From assembly GCA_964016885.1 (NCBI GenBank), contig OZ024746.1, positions 60,574,001 through 60,638,000 on the forward strand: 64,000 bases of DNA. The letters are read 5' to 3'. Origin of the DNA: Eledone cirrhosa. Its lineage: Eukaryota. A program made the translations under genes and the position numbers. This document shows positions 1-11,227 of this stretch, in pieces (position 1 is the stretch's first letter; each line of letters opens with the position of its first letter). The notes below the pieces were generated by a model. That model searched no databases. It was not told the origin of the DNA and saw only the letters and a program-made list of their open reading frames with translations.

Positions 1-54
1 CTAACTTTGTGAAATCATGGGTAATAGAATAATTATATTGTATTGTTTATTACA

Positions 55-108
<54 letters not shown>

Positions 109-330
109 TAAATTCAGTGAGAAACGCATTTCGGCGGGTAGAAAAAGCAAAACGTAACGCAAATTCCAAGCTGGCAAGTGCTCCATGGGCTAAAAGACCA
201 ATAAACATAGGTTACAATAAACATAGGTTATAAAGGCCATACAAACTGAGAAGGCGGTTAAGAAGCTATAAACCACCTAAGCCAAATAACAAGTCAAGCT
301 AAACAGGTCAGACAAAATAAATGACATAAT

Positions 331-363
<33 letters not shown>

Positions 364-800
364 CAAACCTGGACCCTTGGAATTGATGGTAAAATCCAGT
401 ACAGGGTTTCTACGACACCTAAATCAATAATACTGTCTGCTTAAAACAATAAGCTTTTAGTATAATGATCAAACGAGGAATATCACGTTATCAACAGATA
501 TTTTGTTCTGCGCCAGTGTTGTGGATGACACAGTGTTTTGTAAAAGCACATTTGTAACTCACAGGGGAAAAATCCCAGATTTTGGCAAATGAATTCAGTA
601 TGTGTAAATCATGCAAAAAATTGCATAAATAGCACAAATCGAATAAGCTCTCGACCGGGTAGTTTTAAAAATAAACTTATGCAATTAATCTGTCAATAGA
701 ATTATTAACAGGTTAATTGTAAGACTCGGGAGATTAATACAAATATAAAGGCGGACATAAAATGAAATGATGATGATGATGATGATGATATATATATATA

Positions 801-2033
801 TCTTTTACTCTTTTACCTGTTCCAGCCATCTGGCTGAGGCCATGCTGGGGCACTGCCCTTGTTGCTACACATTTTATCTCCAGCCTGTATTGGTTGGCCA
901 CAAGAGGGAGTTTGTTGCTGCTGCCCTTAGGTTTCCCTCGTGCCTTGCTGTGGGCTCATCCGGGATCCTGGATAGCAAGGTGTCGAGATGTTTCTTGAAG
1001 ACATCCACCTCCACAACATGCAGATCTCTCAGATCCCTCGGCATCTTGTTGAAGAACTGAGGGCCCTTGAACCCCAGACTATTGCAATATCTGCTCCTTA
1101 TTCTAGATGTGGAAGACGGGACCTTTGGCACCACACAGTGACATCCTGTTCATCCTATGCCAAAGTTTGGTGCTAGTCCCTCCAGGATTTTCCACATGTA
1201 GATCACTGTGTATCTCTCCCTTCTTCGTTCCAAGGAGTAGAGGTTCAGTTCTTTTAGCCTCTCCCAGTAGCTTATCTCCTTCATCATGGCAATCCTCTTG
1301 GTGTAGCTTCGCTGGATTGCCTCAAGCTCCGTGGTTAGTTTGACACTATGGGTGACCACAACTGGGAGCAATAGTCCAGGCGGCTTAGGGCAAATGTCCT
1401 CCATAGTGTTAACTTGGTGTCTCGGTCTCTTGTCTGGAAAGTCCTCAAGATCCAGCCAGCGAGTCGTCAGCAAATTGTCGCCACTTTCATGATGTGTGAG
1501 GAAAAAGATGCATCATCGCTCATGTTTATACCCAGGTCTCGTATCGATTTTGACATGGGGATATCGGTCCCTCCTGGTCCTGCTTAACTGTGTTGTACTG
1601 TACTTGTGTTTGCAGGTTTGTATTGTAGGGCTTGGAATTTGCCAGCATTAAACTGCATGTTGTTGTCTTCTGCCCATTAGTATATGGCATCCAGATCTTG
1701 TTGTAAAAGGGCAGCGTCAGCTGGGCTTTTGATTGCCTGTGCTACCTTAGTGTCATCAGCATAGCTAGTGAGGGATGTTGTTGTATATACTACAGAGGGC
1801 ATGTCTGAGAGAGCCACCAAAAACAGTAGTGGTCCCAGGACTGTCCCCTGGGGCACCCCACTTGTTATTGGTGTTTCCTTTGAGAGGGCCCCATTTGCTG
1901 CGACTGTCTGGCTTCTGTCCTTTAGGAAGTCATGCAGCCACTCACCTACTTTTCCAGTTATGCCGAGTCCGTGTAGTTTGTGACATTTCATTCCGTGGTC
2001 AACCTTGTCAAAGGCCTTCGCAAAGTCAAGATA
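801..2033 (-). mobile_element. 5'-truncated, frameshifted CR1/L2-group LINE (RT C-terminal half plus 3' end)
   Basis: Minus-strand frames give LDFAKAFDKVDHG, SGVPQGTVLGPLLFL, YADDTKV, LQQDLDAIY and LKELNLYSLERRRERY. Stops and frameshifts are present, and it ends in an AAAAGAGTAAAAGA tail next to (TA)n. Confidence 0.9.
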
Positions 2034-2092
2034 TAAAGGATTATGAGTTCATGCAATTGACTTATGTTTCGTCACTATATATATATATATAT

Positions 2093-2251
2093 GAGCTAAA
2101 AAACAGGGAGGTCATATCCGAAGCTGGTTGAGCACTCAGTCCAAAGGACAAGAGTTGAGTAGTGAGTTAGTTCCACAACACATTAACAAACTATACTTGA
2201 GAACTTGCATGTTGTCAAGTATGATTTATTAATTTGTTGTGGAACTAACTC
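2093..2251. repeat. Short element with an imperfect inverted repeat, related to the 5461-5702 element
   Basis: GAGTTAGTTCCACAACA (2164) pairs with TGTTGTGGAACTAACTC (2251). GAGCACTCAGTCC..GGAC..GAGTT resembles the reverse complement of 5635-5665. Confidence 0.55.
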
Positions 2252-2362
2252 TTTCTCTCTCTCTCTATATATATATATTATTTTTCTCTAAAAACAATTT
2301 TTTCTGCTTCCGCCCTGCCTGTCTCCTCAATCTTTCTATTTCTTCTTTAATTTCTCATTCTT

Positions 2363-2398
2363 TCTTCTGATGAAGGATTAGCATCCAAAACGTTAAGA
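2363..2398 (+). ncRNA. Degenerate minimal type-I hammerhead ribozyme (Penelope-like pLTR remnant)
   Basis: TCTT-CTGATGA-A-GGAT(TAGC)ATCC-AAAAC-GTT-AAGA. Stem I is TCTT/AAGA and stem II is GGAT/ATCC. The GAAA core has become AAAA, consistent with CpG decay. Confidence 0.65.
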
Positions 2399-2539
2399 CC
2401 CTCTTCCTGTTACTTCAAGCGTTAAGCTAATATATTCCTTCCATGTACTGTGCCATTTGTTTTATTATTTTTGTTATTTCTGTTTACCTTTTACATATGT
2501 ATACACAGACACACACACACACATATATATATAGTCTTC

Positions 2540-2810
2540 TAGTAGCTTCTCCCCTCCACTTATTATGCTCCTTTCATCATTCCCCTCTGTAAGGTTAAGC
2601 TTTTTGAAATCAGCTCTCACCACTTCTGCCCAGGTCTTCCTCAACTTTGGCTTAGTTCCACTGAAATCTCTTGTCACTTCTTCACCCAAAGATCATCATC
2701 CATACACATCACATGTCCATACCAGCACAGTCTTCTCTCTCGTAGACTTATATCCAGTTATCTCTCTCATTCCTCTTATATCCAGTTTTTTTCTCTTAAC
2801 TCCTACATGA
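2540..2810 (-). mobile_element. RTE-clade LINE 3' ORF fragment, degenerate
   Basis: RKTWAEVVRADFKKLNLTE motif, similar to 29482-30160. Confidence 0.7.
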
Positions 2811-3404
2811 TTTTTTATTTTTTTTATTTTTTCCATGAAAAGAATTTGAAGGTTACTTAAACCTGTTTTGATTTTTTTTTTTTTTTTTTTACATATAAAT
2901 AAAGAAAAAGTCACAAGACTGCAGCTGGGAGACAGGAGAAGGCAGAGACAAAACAACAACAACAAAAAGAAAAAGTATAAACATTAAAACTGATGTAAAT
3001 AAAAAAATAAGAGTATAAAAGAATAAATAAATAAATGATACATTGATCTGATGTTTTTTATTTATTATTTTTATCTAGTTTTATTTATTATTTTATCTAT
3101 TTTTATTTATTATTTTATCTATTTTTATATATTATTTTATCTATTTTATATATATTTTTATCTATTTTTTGTTGTTATTTCATCTATTTTTATTTATTAT
3201 TTTATATATTTGTATTTCTAATATTGTTTTTATCTTTGCTTTCTTCATGTATTCTGCGAGTTCTACTCTATTTAAGGAATGATCAGATCACATGATTCCA
3301 ACAAATTTCCTTAATGATATCCCATTGTGCACTGCTGTTCCATTCCTTCCTTTACTTATTCATTCACTTATTCACTTGTTCATTCAATCATCACCCTTCT
3401 ATCC

Positions 3405-3408
<4 letters not shown>

Positions 3409-3494
<86 letters not shown>

Positions 3495-3503
3495 CTCTCT
3501 CTT
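3409..3503. repeat. (CT)n microsatellite
   Basis: About 95 bp of nearly pure CT repeat. Confidence 0.98.
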
Positions 3504-3689
3504 TCTATCCTAGCAAATATATATATATATATCTCTAGCTCTCTCTATCTCTCTTTTAATGTAATTAATTTATGGTATTACTCTTTCTTCTGTCAGCACA
3601 AATACATATATATATATGATATATAATATATATATATTGTATATGTGCATGCATATATACATATATATATACATATGCGCATGAAAGAC

Positions 3690-4258
3690 GATGCGCATGA
3701 AAGACGACAGCTGCATAAAAAAGTGCAGGGCGATCAAAGTTGATGGTAGTTACGGAGTAGGTAGACCCAGAAAAACCTGGGATGATCTGATAAATTCCGA
3801 CCTCACACACTTACATCTCTCTAAGACAATGTCTCTGGACCGAGATCTTTGGCGCTACGCAGTAATACAGAAGACCTGCCTTGCCTATGTACAAAGCGAA
3901 ACCTACAGTCAGTAAGCACCTCTTAACCAAATATACACCCCAATCCACTACCCCTACCCTATCCTCCCACTCCCACCAACAGCACGAGAAAATGAGATCG
4001 AGATCGTGTAGGTGTCACGACAAAAAAACACACACAGTCCACGCTGTAATGTGGCCATGTAGGTAACATGGTAAAAAGTTCCCAGTTCCACACTGTAAAT
4101 GTGGCTGGTGTTAGGAAGGGCATCCAGCTGTAGAAAACCTACCAGATAGTCCTATATGAGCGAGACACGGTCACCCGACCGGCCTTGCCTCAAGTGGGAC
4201 AACTCCCGTCTAACCCATGCTAGCGTGGAAAATGGACGTTAAACGAAGATGATGATGA

Positions 4259-4262
<4 letters not shown>
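3690..4262 (+). mobile_element. RTE-clade LINE 3' end with 3' UTR and (GAT)n tail
   Basis: MRMKDDSCIKKCRAIKVDGSYGVGRPRKTWDDLI...DRDLWRYAV, then a UTR ending AACCCATGCTAGCGTGGAAAATGGACGTTAAACGAAGATGATGATG. Close relatives at 11228-11905 (-) and 27856-28090 (+). Confidence 0.85.
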
Positions 4263-4298
<36 letters not shown>

Positions 4299-4454
4299 TT
4301 ATTTTATATATATATATATATATAATAGTAATAATAATAAATTTGGAGACTAAAATCCAAAGAGGGCTCGATAAGGATAAATATATATCAAATATATAAG
4401 AACTGTAGAGCAAATATTTAATCTGTTATTTTAATAAATTTCATTTCATTTCAT

Positions 4455-4724
4455 TTCATTTTACGTCTGCTTTTCCCTGCTTGCAAGGGTGGGACGGGAA
4501 CTGATTCTGGCTTGATTTCTACAGCTGGATGCCCTTCCTAACACCAACCTCATTTACAGTGAGTGCTGGGTGCTTTTTTGCCGTGGCACCTCCACGACCA
4601 CTTTGCAGTGGAATGATAGGGACCCCACTCCCTATCATCTCATTTCTATAGCTGAGTAAACTGGAGCAATGTGAAATAAAGTGCCTTGCTCAAGGAAACA
4701 ACACATCACCCGGTCTGAGAATTG

Positions 4725-4727
<3 letters not shown>
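4455..4727 (-). mobile_element. tRNA-derived SINE (CORE/V-like core) with RTE-type 3' tail, partial
   Basis: Near reverse complement of 6933-7202; contains the TCCTTGAGCAAGGCACTTTATTTCAC core. Confidence 0.75.
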
Positions 4728-4783
<56 letters not shown>

Positions 4784-4853
4784 AGTAACAGCCATACTAA
4801 GAGTGAGAAATGAAATTTTGTTTCATTTTTTCCATTTATATTTATATATATAT

Positions 4854-5165
4854 ATTTCGTTTCTGAATTTGTTTAGCAAGATTCTTTATCTGAAAACGTG
4901 TGTTGAAACTGATATTGTTATACTTTGGGAGGGTCATGTTGCCAATAAGAACACACGCACCAGTTGCTTTCACTTCAATTTATTATAAATTAAATTTATA
5001 AATTTAGGAATTTATAAATTTCCGGTTGGTTGGTTGGTTCCACAACCAGACGATTGTTCATATATTGTCAAAGTTCTTTCGTCACACATTCTGTGATCTC
5101 TTCAGTGACTGGGGATTCTTTTCTTTGTTTGTGTGCCTCTCCTTTGTTCTGTCCTACGCCATCTT
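4854..5165 (-). mobile_element. About 310-bp Penelope-like/retrozyme-like element, copy 1, with hammerhead core at 5067-5109
   Basis: Minus strand reads GTCA-CTGAAGA-GATCAC(AGAATGT)GTGAC-GAAAG-AA-CTT-TGAC. Lies beside (TA)n and is highly similar to 7420-7745 and 28888-29232. Confidence 0.75.
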
Positions 5166-5247
5166 GTTTTTGTGTGTGTTCAACACATATATATATATGT
5201 CCCACCCTTGCAAGCAGGGAAAAGCGGACGTAAAATGATGATGATGA

Positions 5248-5315
<68 letters not shown>

Positions 5316-5460
5316 ATATATATTATATATATACATGTATATATATATAGTAATAATAATAAATTTGAAGACTAAAATCCAAAGAGGGCTCGATAAGGAT
5401 AAATATATATCAAATATAATAACTTTAATCTGTTATTTTAATATATATATATATATATAT

Positions 5461-5702
5461 AAGTGGTTACACAACAGTTAGTTCACCATACCGAGAACAA
5501 TTGTTTCACCTTAGCGGATCCTCAGCTCGTAATGGACATGGTTATACGGCAACCATGTCCATTACAAGCTGAGGATCCGCTAAGGTCAAACAATTGTTCT
5601 CGGTATGGTGAACTAACTGTTGTGTAACCACTTCTACCTAACTCGTCCCACGGACTGAGTACTCTACCACTACAGATATTACCTTCCAGTGTTCTACCTC
5701 TC
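5461..5702. mobile_element. Palindromic Penelope-like pLTR insertion (83-bp arms) carrying a hammerhead
   Basis: Arms 5461-5543 and 5551-5633 differ at 2 positions. The minus strand of 5486-5535 has an intact CTGAGGA..GAAAC-AATT-GTT core. Flanked by (TA)n on both sides. Confidence 0.75.
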
Positions 5703-5832
5703 TATATATATATAATATATATATGTATATTTATATAATATATATAATATATATATATATACATATATATATAATATATATATTTATATATATATATATA
5801 TATTATATATATATATGTATATATATATAATA

Positions 5833-6463
5833 CTAGCAGTGGTACCTGGCATTGCACGGGATAAGGTATTTTGGAAAGCGGGCCGCCAACAGACCTAATC
5901 GTGGAAAAACTGCATGCCTCGACAATATGTAAAGAAAATAAACCGAATACTCTGATGGCTGGATAATCTAAGATTTTCTTCGATGAAGCAGGAAAAAGGC
6001 AGGTTTTCACTTAATGCGGGCCCTAGGGGATCAAGAAATGAATTTTTTTATGTGCATGATATGCCTTGAAATTTCGGGAAAATCGGCTAGACGTAAACGC
6101 CTCAAAAAAGCCCTAAAAAGCTGAAAAAAATGAAGTTTTTCACCTAATGCGGGCCCTAGGCCATAAAAAAGTTGGATTTTCTTTGCTCACGGTATGAAGA
6201 AGAGGAAATCGGTCTGACGTAACGCTTCAAAAAACCCCTAAAAAGCTGGAAAAAACGATTTTTTCACATAATGCGTGCCCTAGGGGATCAAAAAGTTGAA
6301 TTTTTTTATGTGCATAACACTCCCTGAAATATAAGTAATACACATGTAAAGTTTGAAAAAGATCGGTTGGGTACTTCTCGGGTTTCACACACACACACAC
6401 ACACACACATACACACATACATACATACATCCTTCTTCAGTTTTATATATATACATATATAGA
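5833..6463 (-). mobile_element. Non-autonomous Helitron
   Basis: On the minus strand it starts TC(TATATATG..AAAACTG) and ends with a GC-rich subterminal imperfect hairpin (CCCGTGCAATGCCAGG) plus CTAG. It sits between A and T and has an internal duplication of about 130 bp. A related 5' part is at 28556-28887 (+). Confidence 0.75.
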
Positions 6464-6479
6464 TTAAAATAACAGATTA

Positions 6480-6878
6480 AAGTTTAAGCAAAGAATCGTT
6501 GCTTTCACCCTGAACGCAGAAGTAAATATTTTGAAAAACGTTGGAACCGAAGGAAAACAGGAAGACGATACTTTGGTCCGTGATGACGTTCCCTAGCAAT
6601 GAACGGATAATAGCGAACATAATACGTCAGAATGTCGCAATGCAGACAGCCAGGCATACAGAGAAGATATTATAAGAGTGCGACAGAGATGGATAACCAG
6701 CGCCTAACACCCCTTTAACAACAGAAAATTGAAAAATAAAAGCTGCAGTTTATATCTTTAGACCGCAAGGAACATATAAATGCAAGTTTGAAGTCAATCA
6801 GAGTAGAAATGTGGATTTGTATAGACTTTGCAAAAATGAGGACACACACACACAGACAACATCAGTTTTATATATAAA
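6480..6878 (-). mobile_element. Probable second Helitron-like fragment
   Basis: Same terminal architecture as the neighbour (AAGTTTGAA...CACACAC...CAGTTTTATATATA). Confidence 0.45.
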
Positions 6879-6880
6879 TA

Positions 6881-7217
6881 AGGCACATGGCTTAGTGGTT
6901 AGAGCATTGGCTTTGCAATCAAAAAGTTGTGAGTTCAATTCTCAGACAGGGTAATGTGTTGTTTCCTTGAGCAAGACACTTTATTTCACATTGCTCCAGT
7001 TTACTCAGCTGTAGAAATGAGATGATAGGGACTGGGGTCCATATCATTCCACTGTAAAGTGGTTGTGGAGGTGCCACGGCAAAAAAGTACCCAGCACTCA
7101 CTGTAAATGAGGTTGGTGTTAGGAAGGGCATCCAGCTGTAGAAATCAAGCCAGAATCAGTTCCCGTCCCACTCTTGCAAGCAGGGAAAAGCGGACGTAAA
7201 ATGATGATGATGATGAT
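6881..7217 (+). mobile_element. tRNA-derived SINE (CORE/V-like core) with RTE-type tail
   Basis: A-box-like TGGCTTAGTGG, B-box-like GAGTTCAATTC, core TCCTTGAGCAAGACACTTTATTTCAC, tail GGACGTAAAATGATGATG. Confidence 0.8.
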
Positions 7218-7385
7218 ATATATATATATATACACGTATTATATATATATATATAATATATATCATCATCATCATCATCATCATTTTACGTCCGCTTTTC
7301 CCTGCTTGCAAGGGTGATATGTATATATAATATATATATACACGTATGTATATATATATATATGTGATAGATAGATATTTATATG

Positions 7386-7419
<34 letters not shown>

Positions 7420-7420
<1 letters not shown>

Positions 7421-7745
7421 TTCGTTTCTGAATTTGTTTAGCAAGATTCTTTATCTGAAAACGTGTGCTGAAACCGATATTGTTATACTTTGGGAGGGCC
7501 ATGTTGCCAATAAGAAATACACGCACCAGTTGCTTTCACTTCAATTTATTATAAATTAAATTTATAAATTTAGGAATTTATAAATTTCTGGTTGGTTGGT
7601 TGGTTCCACAACCAGATGATTGTTCATATATTGTCAAAGTTCTTTCGTCACACATTCTGTGACCTCTTCAGTGACTGGGGATTCTTTTCTTTTTTTTTCT
7701 TTTTGTGCCTCTCCTTTGTTCTGTCCTACGCCATTTTCTGGCATT
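7420..7745 (-). mobile_element. Hammerhead-bearing element, copy 2 (core 7633-7675)
   Basis: Minus strand reads GTCA-CTGAAGA-G-GTCAC(AGAATGT)GTGAC-GAAAG-AA-CTT-TGAC. Confidence 0.75.
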
Positions 7746-8119
7746 TTTGATTTCTTTTCCTTATATATATATATATATTTATATATTGAGATGGCAGCAC
7801 GGCAAAAAAACACCCAGCCCACACTGTAAACTGGTCATGTAGGAGTCACAACAAGAATCACCCAGCACACAAATAAGGTTGGCATTAGGAAAGGCATCCA
7901 GCCATTGAAGTCAAGCCAGAAATAGTTCTGTGTGAGCAAGACATAGTTACCTGACCAAACTTGCCTCAAATGGGACAACCCATCTAACCCATGCTAGCAT
8001 GGGAAAATGGATGTTAAAACGATGATGATATATATATCATCACCATATAACGTCCATTGATATAACTTGGCACCAGTTTCATCACAATTTATATATCAAC
8101 TATATATACATTATATATA

Positions 8120-8220
8120 CAGGATGTCCCCCAAAAATATATACACACTTCAATAGTATTCTAATAAATATTGCCTGTACAGGTAATCAAAATGTGTATA
8201 CATTTAGGGGAGACACCCTG
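8120..8220. mobile_element. Tc1/mariner-type MITE
   Basis: TA|CAGGATGTCCCCC...GGGGAGACACCCTG|TA. A second copy in the opposite orientation is at 42843-42941. Confidence 0.8.
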
Positions 8221-8510
8221 TATATGTATATATATATGCTATATACACTATATATGATGAAGGGAAAGGCAAATGCTAATACAGCTTAGCAGCCAGCATA
8301 AAATAAAGTGTCTTGCTCAAGGATATAATGTGCTCTCTGGTCCAAGAATCAAACTCATGACCTTATAATCATGAGCCCAACACCTTAACCACTAAGCCAC
8401 ATATATTGACAACCACACACTATTGTCTTGAAGAAAAAATTATAAGGAGGGGCACAACGAATAGTGTAGTCCTGGGTAATCTGTTCCAGGAGACAAGGCA
8501 TGGTGGCCAT

Positions 8511-8705
8511 GACTTCTTCTTCTTATCATGTCCACAAGAGTGTCAGTTACAGAGCTTGGCTAGATGTGGTTCCGCCACAGCTGTACACATTGCTGTCCTT
8601 TCCCATTAAACTCTGCCAAGTCCAATGCTGTGCAGGGGTATTCCAACAGGGGGCATATCAGGAGGTGCTGTGTAGTCTGTGGTTTGATACCACAGTCACA
8701 AACAC
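8511..8705 (-). mobile_element. LINE 3' end with C-terminal CCHC-type zinc finger and (AAG)n tail
   Basis: Translates CDCGIKPQTTQHLLICPLLEYPCTALDLAEFNGKGQQCVQLWRNHI*, then a short UTR ending GACATGATAAGAAGAAGAAG. Confidence 0.75.
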
Positions 8706-8954
8706 TGGAAAACTTTTAAACACAAGTGTGTCTGCTAGATGATGGTTAAGTAAGTTAAAGAACCCTTAATTCTCGACAGAGTTGTAGGAGTGCTCTCATG
8801 ACATACAGATTTTAAACATGGTGGAACCATTCCTCTCCAGATCTGAATACAAACAATTTCTTCCAGAGAAAGAAAGAAAAAATGAGAGCAAGGGAGAAAG
8901 TGATAAAGAGAGATAAAAGTAGAAGTGGTCAGTACTCAACTGGTACTTTATTTA

Positions 8955-9125
8955 GGATGGAAGAGGCTACACACCAGATGGCTGGATATCATCAGGCAAG
9001 ATCTCCTGAGAATCAACATCACCTTGGAGGATGCAGAGGAGTTGGCACGGGACTGCCAGTGATGGAGGGTGCTGGTGGACCTGGTCAGTTCTACATACGA
9101 CAAAGCTTTGGGCTTGCTGGCTTAG
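8955..9125 (+). mobile_element. RTE-type 3' fragment inserted into a SINE
   Basis: TRWLDIIRQDLLRINITLEDAEELARD..WRVLV. SINE halves flank it at about 8930-8953 and 9172-9240. Confidence 0.65.
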
Positions 9126-9339
9126 GATGACCCCGGCCTTGTTGAGCAAGAGCAAGGAGAAGAACAAGAAATGGATGAAAGGAAAAGTTGACTGTGGCAG
9201 GATTTGAACTCAAAGAGTAATGAACTGGAACAAATACCAAGACATCTTTAATCTTACATAAACCATAGCAAACCTAGAGCTAAATAACAACAACAACAAT
9301 GGCACCAAGAAATGCCATCACAGTTCCTGTATGTACATA

Positions 9340-9494
9340 CACACTACTGCAGTGCCGCTGCCAGCAGCAGCAGCAGCACTGCAGTAGTCACTGCTGCTGC
9401 TGATACTATTATTGCAGCTGCTGATACTGTTGTTGGTGCTCGTTGCTGTTACATTTGTTGTTGTTGTTGGTGGTGGTGATGGTGGTATTGCTGC

Positions 9495-9525
<31 letters not shown>

Positions 9526-11030
9526 GGTGGTATTGCTGCTGTTGTTGTTGTTGGTGTTGTTGGTGGTGGTGATTTGCTTCTGCTATTGCTGTTGTTGTTG
9601 TTGTTGTTGGTGGTGGTGGTATTGCTGCTGCTGCTGCTGCTGCTGTTGTTGTTGTTGGTAGTGGTATTGCTTCTGCTGCTGCTGTTGTTGTTGTTGGTAG
9701 TATTGCTGCTGCTGCTGCTGTTGTTGTTGTTGTTGGTGGTGGTATTGCTGCTGCTGCTGCTGTTGTTGTTGGTAATATTGCTGCTGCTGCTGCTGCTGTT
9801 GTTGTTGGTGGTGGTGGTATTGCTGCTGCTGCTGCTGTTGTTGTTGGTAATATTGCTGCTGCTGCTGCTGCTGTTGTTGTTGTTGTTGGTGGTGGTATTG
9901 CTTCTGCTGCTGCTGCTGCTGTTGTTGTTGGTAGTATTGCTGCTGCTGCTGCTGTTGCTGCTGCTGTTGTTGTTGGTAGTATTGCTGCTGCTGCTGCTGT
10001 TGTTGTTGTTGTTGGTGGTGGTATTGCTGTTGCTGCTGCTGTTGTTGTTGTTGTTGGTAGTATTGCTGCTGCTGTTGCTGTTGTTGTTGTTGTTGGTGGT
10101 GGTATTGCTGCTGCTGCTGCTGTTGTTGTTGGTAGTATTGCTGCTGCTGCTGCTGTTGTTGTTGTTGTTGGTGGTGGTATTGCTGTTGCTGCTGCTGTTG
10201 TTGTTGTTGTTGGTAGTATTGCTGCTGCTGCTGCTGTTGTTGTTGTTGTTGGTGGTGGTATTGCTGCTGCTGCTGCTGTTGTTGTTGGTAGTATTGCTGC
10301 TGCTGCTGCTGTTGTTGTTGTTGTTGGTGGTGGTATTGCTGTTGCTGCTGCTGTTGTTGTTGTTGGTGGTGGTATTGCTGCTGCTGCTGCTGCTGTTGTT
10401 GTTGTTGGTGGTGGTATTGCTGTTGCTGCTGCTGCTGTTGTTGTTGTTGGTAGTGATATTGCTGCTATTGCTATTGTTGTTGTTGTTGTTGGTGGTGGTA
10501 TTGCTTCTGCTGCTGATGTTGTTGTTATTGGTGGTGGTATTGCTGCTATTGCTGTTGTTGTTGTTGTTGATGGTGGTGGTTTGCTGCTGCTGTTGTTGTT
10601 GTTGGTAGTATTGCTGCTGCTGCTGCTGTTGTTGTTGTTGGTGGTGGTATTGCTGCTGCTGCTGCTGTTGTTGTTGTTGTTGTTGGTTGTGGTATTGCTG
10701 CTGCTGGTGGTGATGGTGGTATTGCAGTTACTGTTGTTGTTATTGGTGGTGGTGATATTGTTGCTGTTGCTGTTGTTGTTGTTGTTGTTGGTGGTGGTGG
10801 TAGTGGTATTGCTGCTGCTATTGTTGATGCTGATGTTCATGTTGATCTATTGCTATTGATGTTGATCTATTGCTATTTTTGTCACTGCTACTGTTGCTGC
10901 AGCTGGTATTTTTGTTGTTGTTATTCCTGCTGCTGTTATTATTGTTGTTGCTGCTGCTGCTGCTGATGATGATGATGATGATTTCTGCTACTGTTGTTGT
11001 TGCTGCTGCTAATGTTGATACATCTTGTAT
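9340..11030. repeat. Compound trinucleotide array (GCT/GTT/GGT)n with a higher-order unit
   Basis: Recurring GGTGGTATT-(GCT)n-(GTT)n units of about 30-40 bp over about 1.6 kb. Confidence 0.97.
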
Positions 11031-11227
11031 TGCTGCAGTTCATACATACATACTAAGAGAGCATTACATGTAACCTGGTAAACACATATGTATACACACA
11101 CATATGTATACACACATACATATGCATATATGTATAAGTGTGTGTGTGTGTATATATATTTATACATATAGATAGATACATATACATTTACATCGCACTC
11201 AATCTCTCTCTCTCTGTATATATATAT

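Noticed and set aside
801-2033. Functional reverse transcriptase gene
   Set aside because: It is 5'-truncated with in-frame stops and frameshifts.
4888-4915. CTGAAAACGTGTGTTGAAAC as a second hammerhead on the opposite strand
   Set aside because: The core lacks G8 and there is no convincing stem I or II.
5640-5665. Minus-strand GTCCGTGGGACGAG resembling a viral-satellite hammerhead stem II
   Set aside because: No CUGANGA before it and no GAAA after it.
6881-6945. tRNA gene (also 42646 and 46027)
   Set aside because: The A and B boxes belong to SINE heads that run into SINE cores; no full cloverleaf.
9412-10859. Poly-Leu/Val membrane-like ORFs
   Set aside because: Translations of a trinucleotide array.
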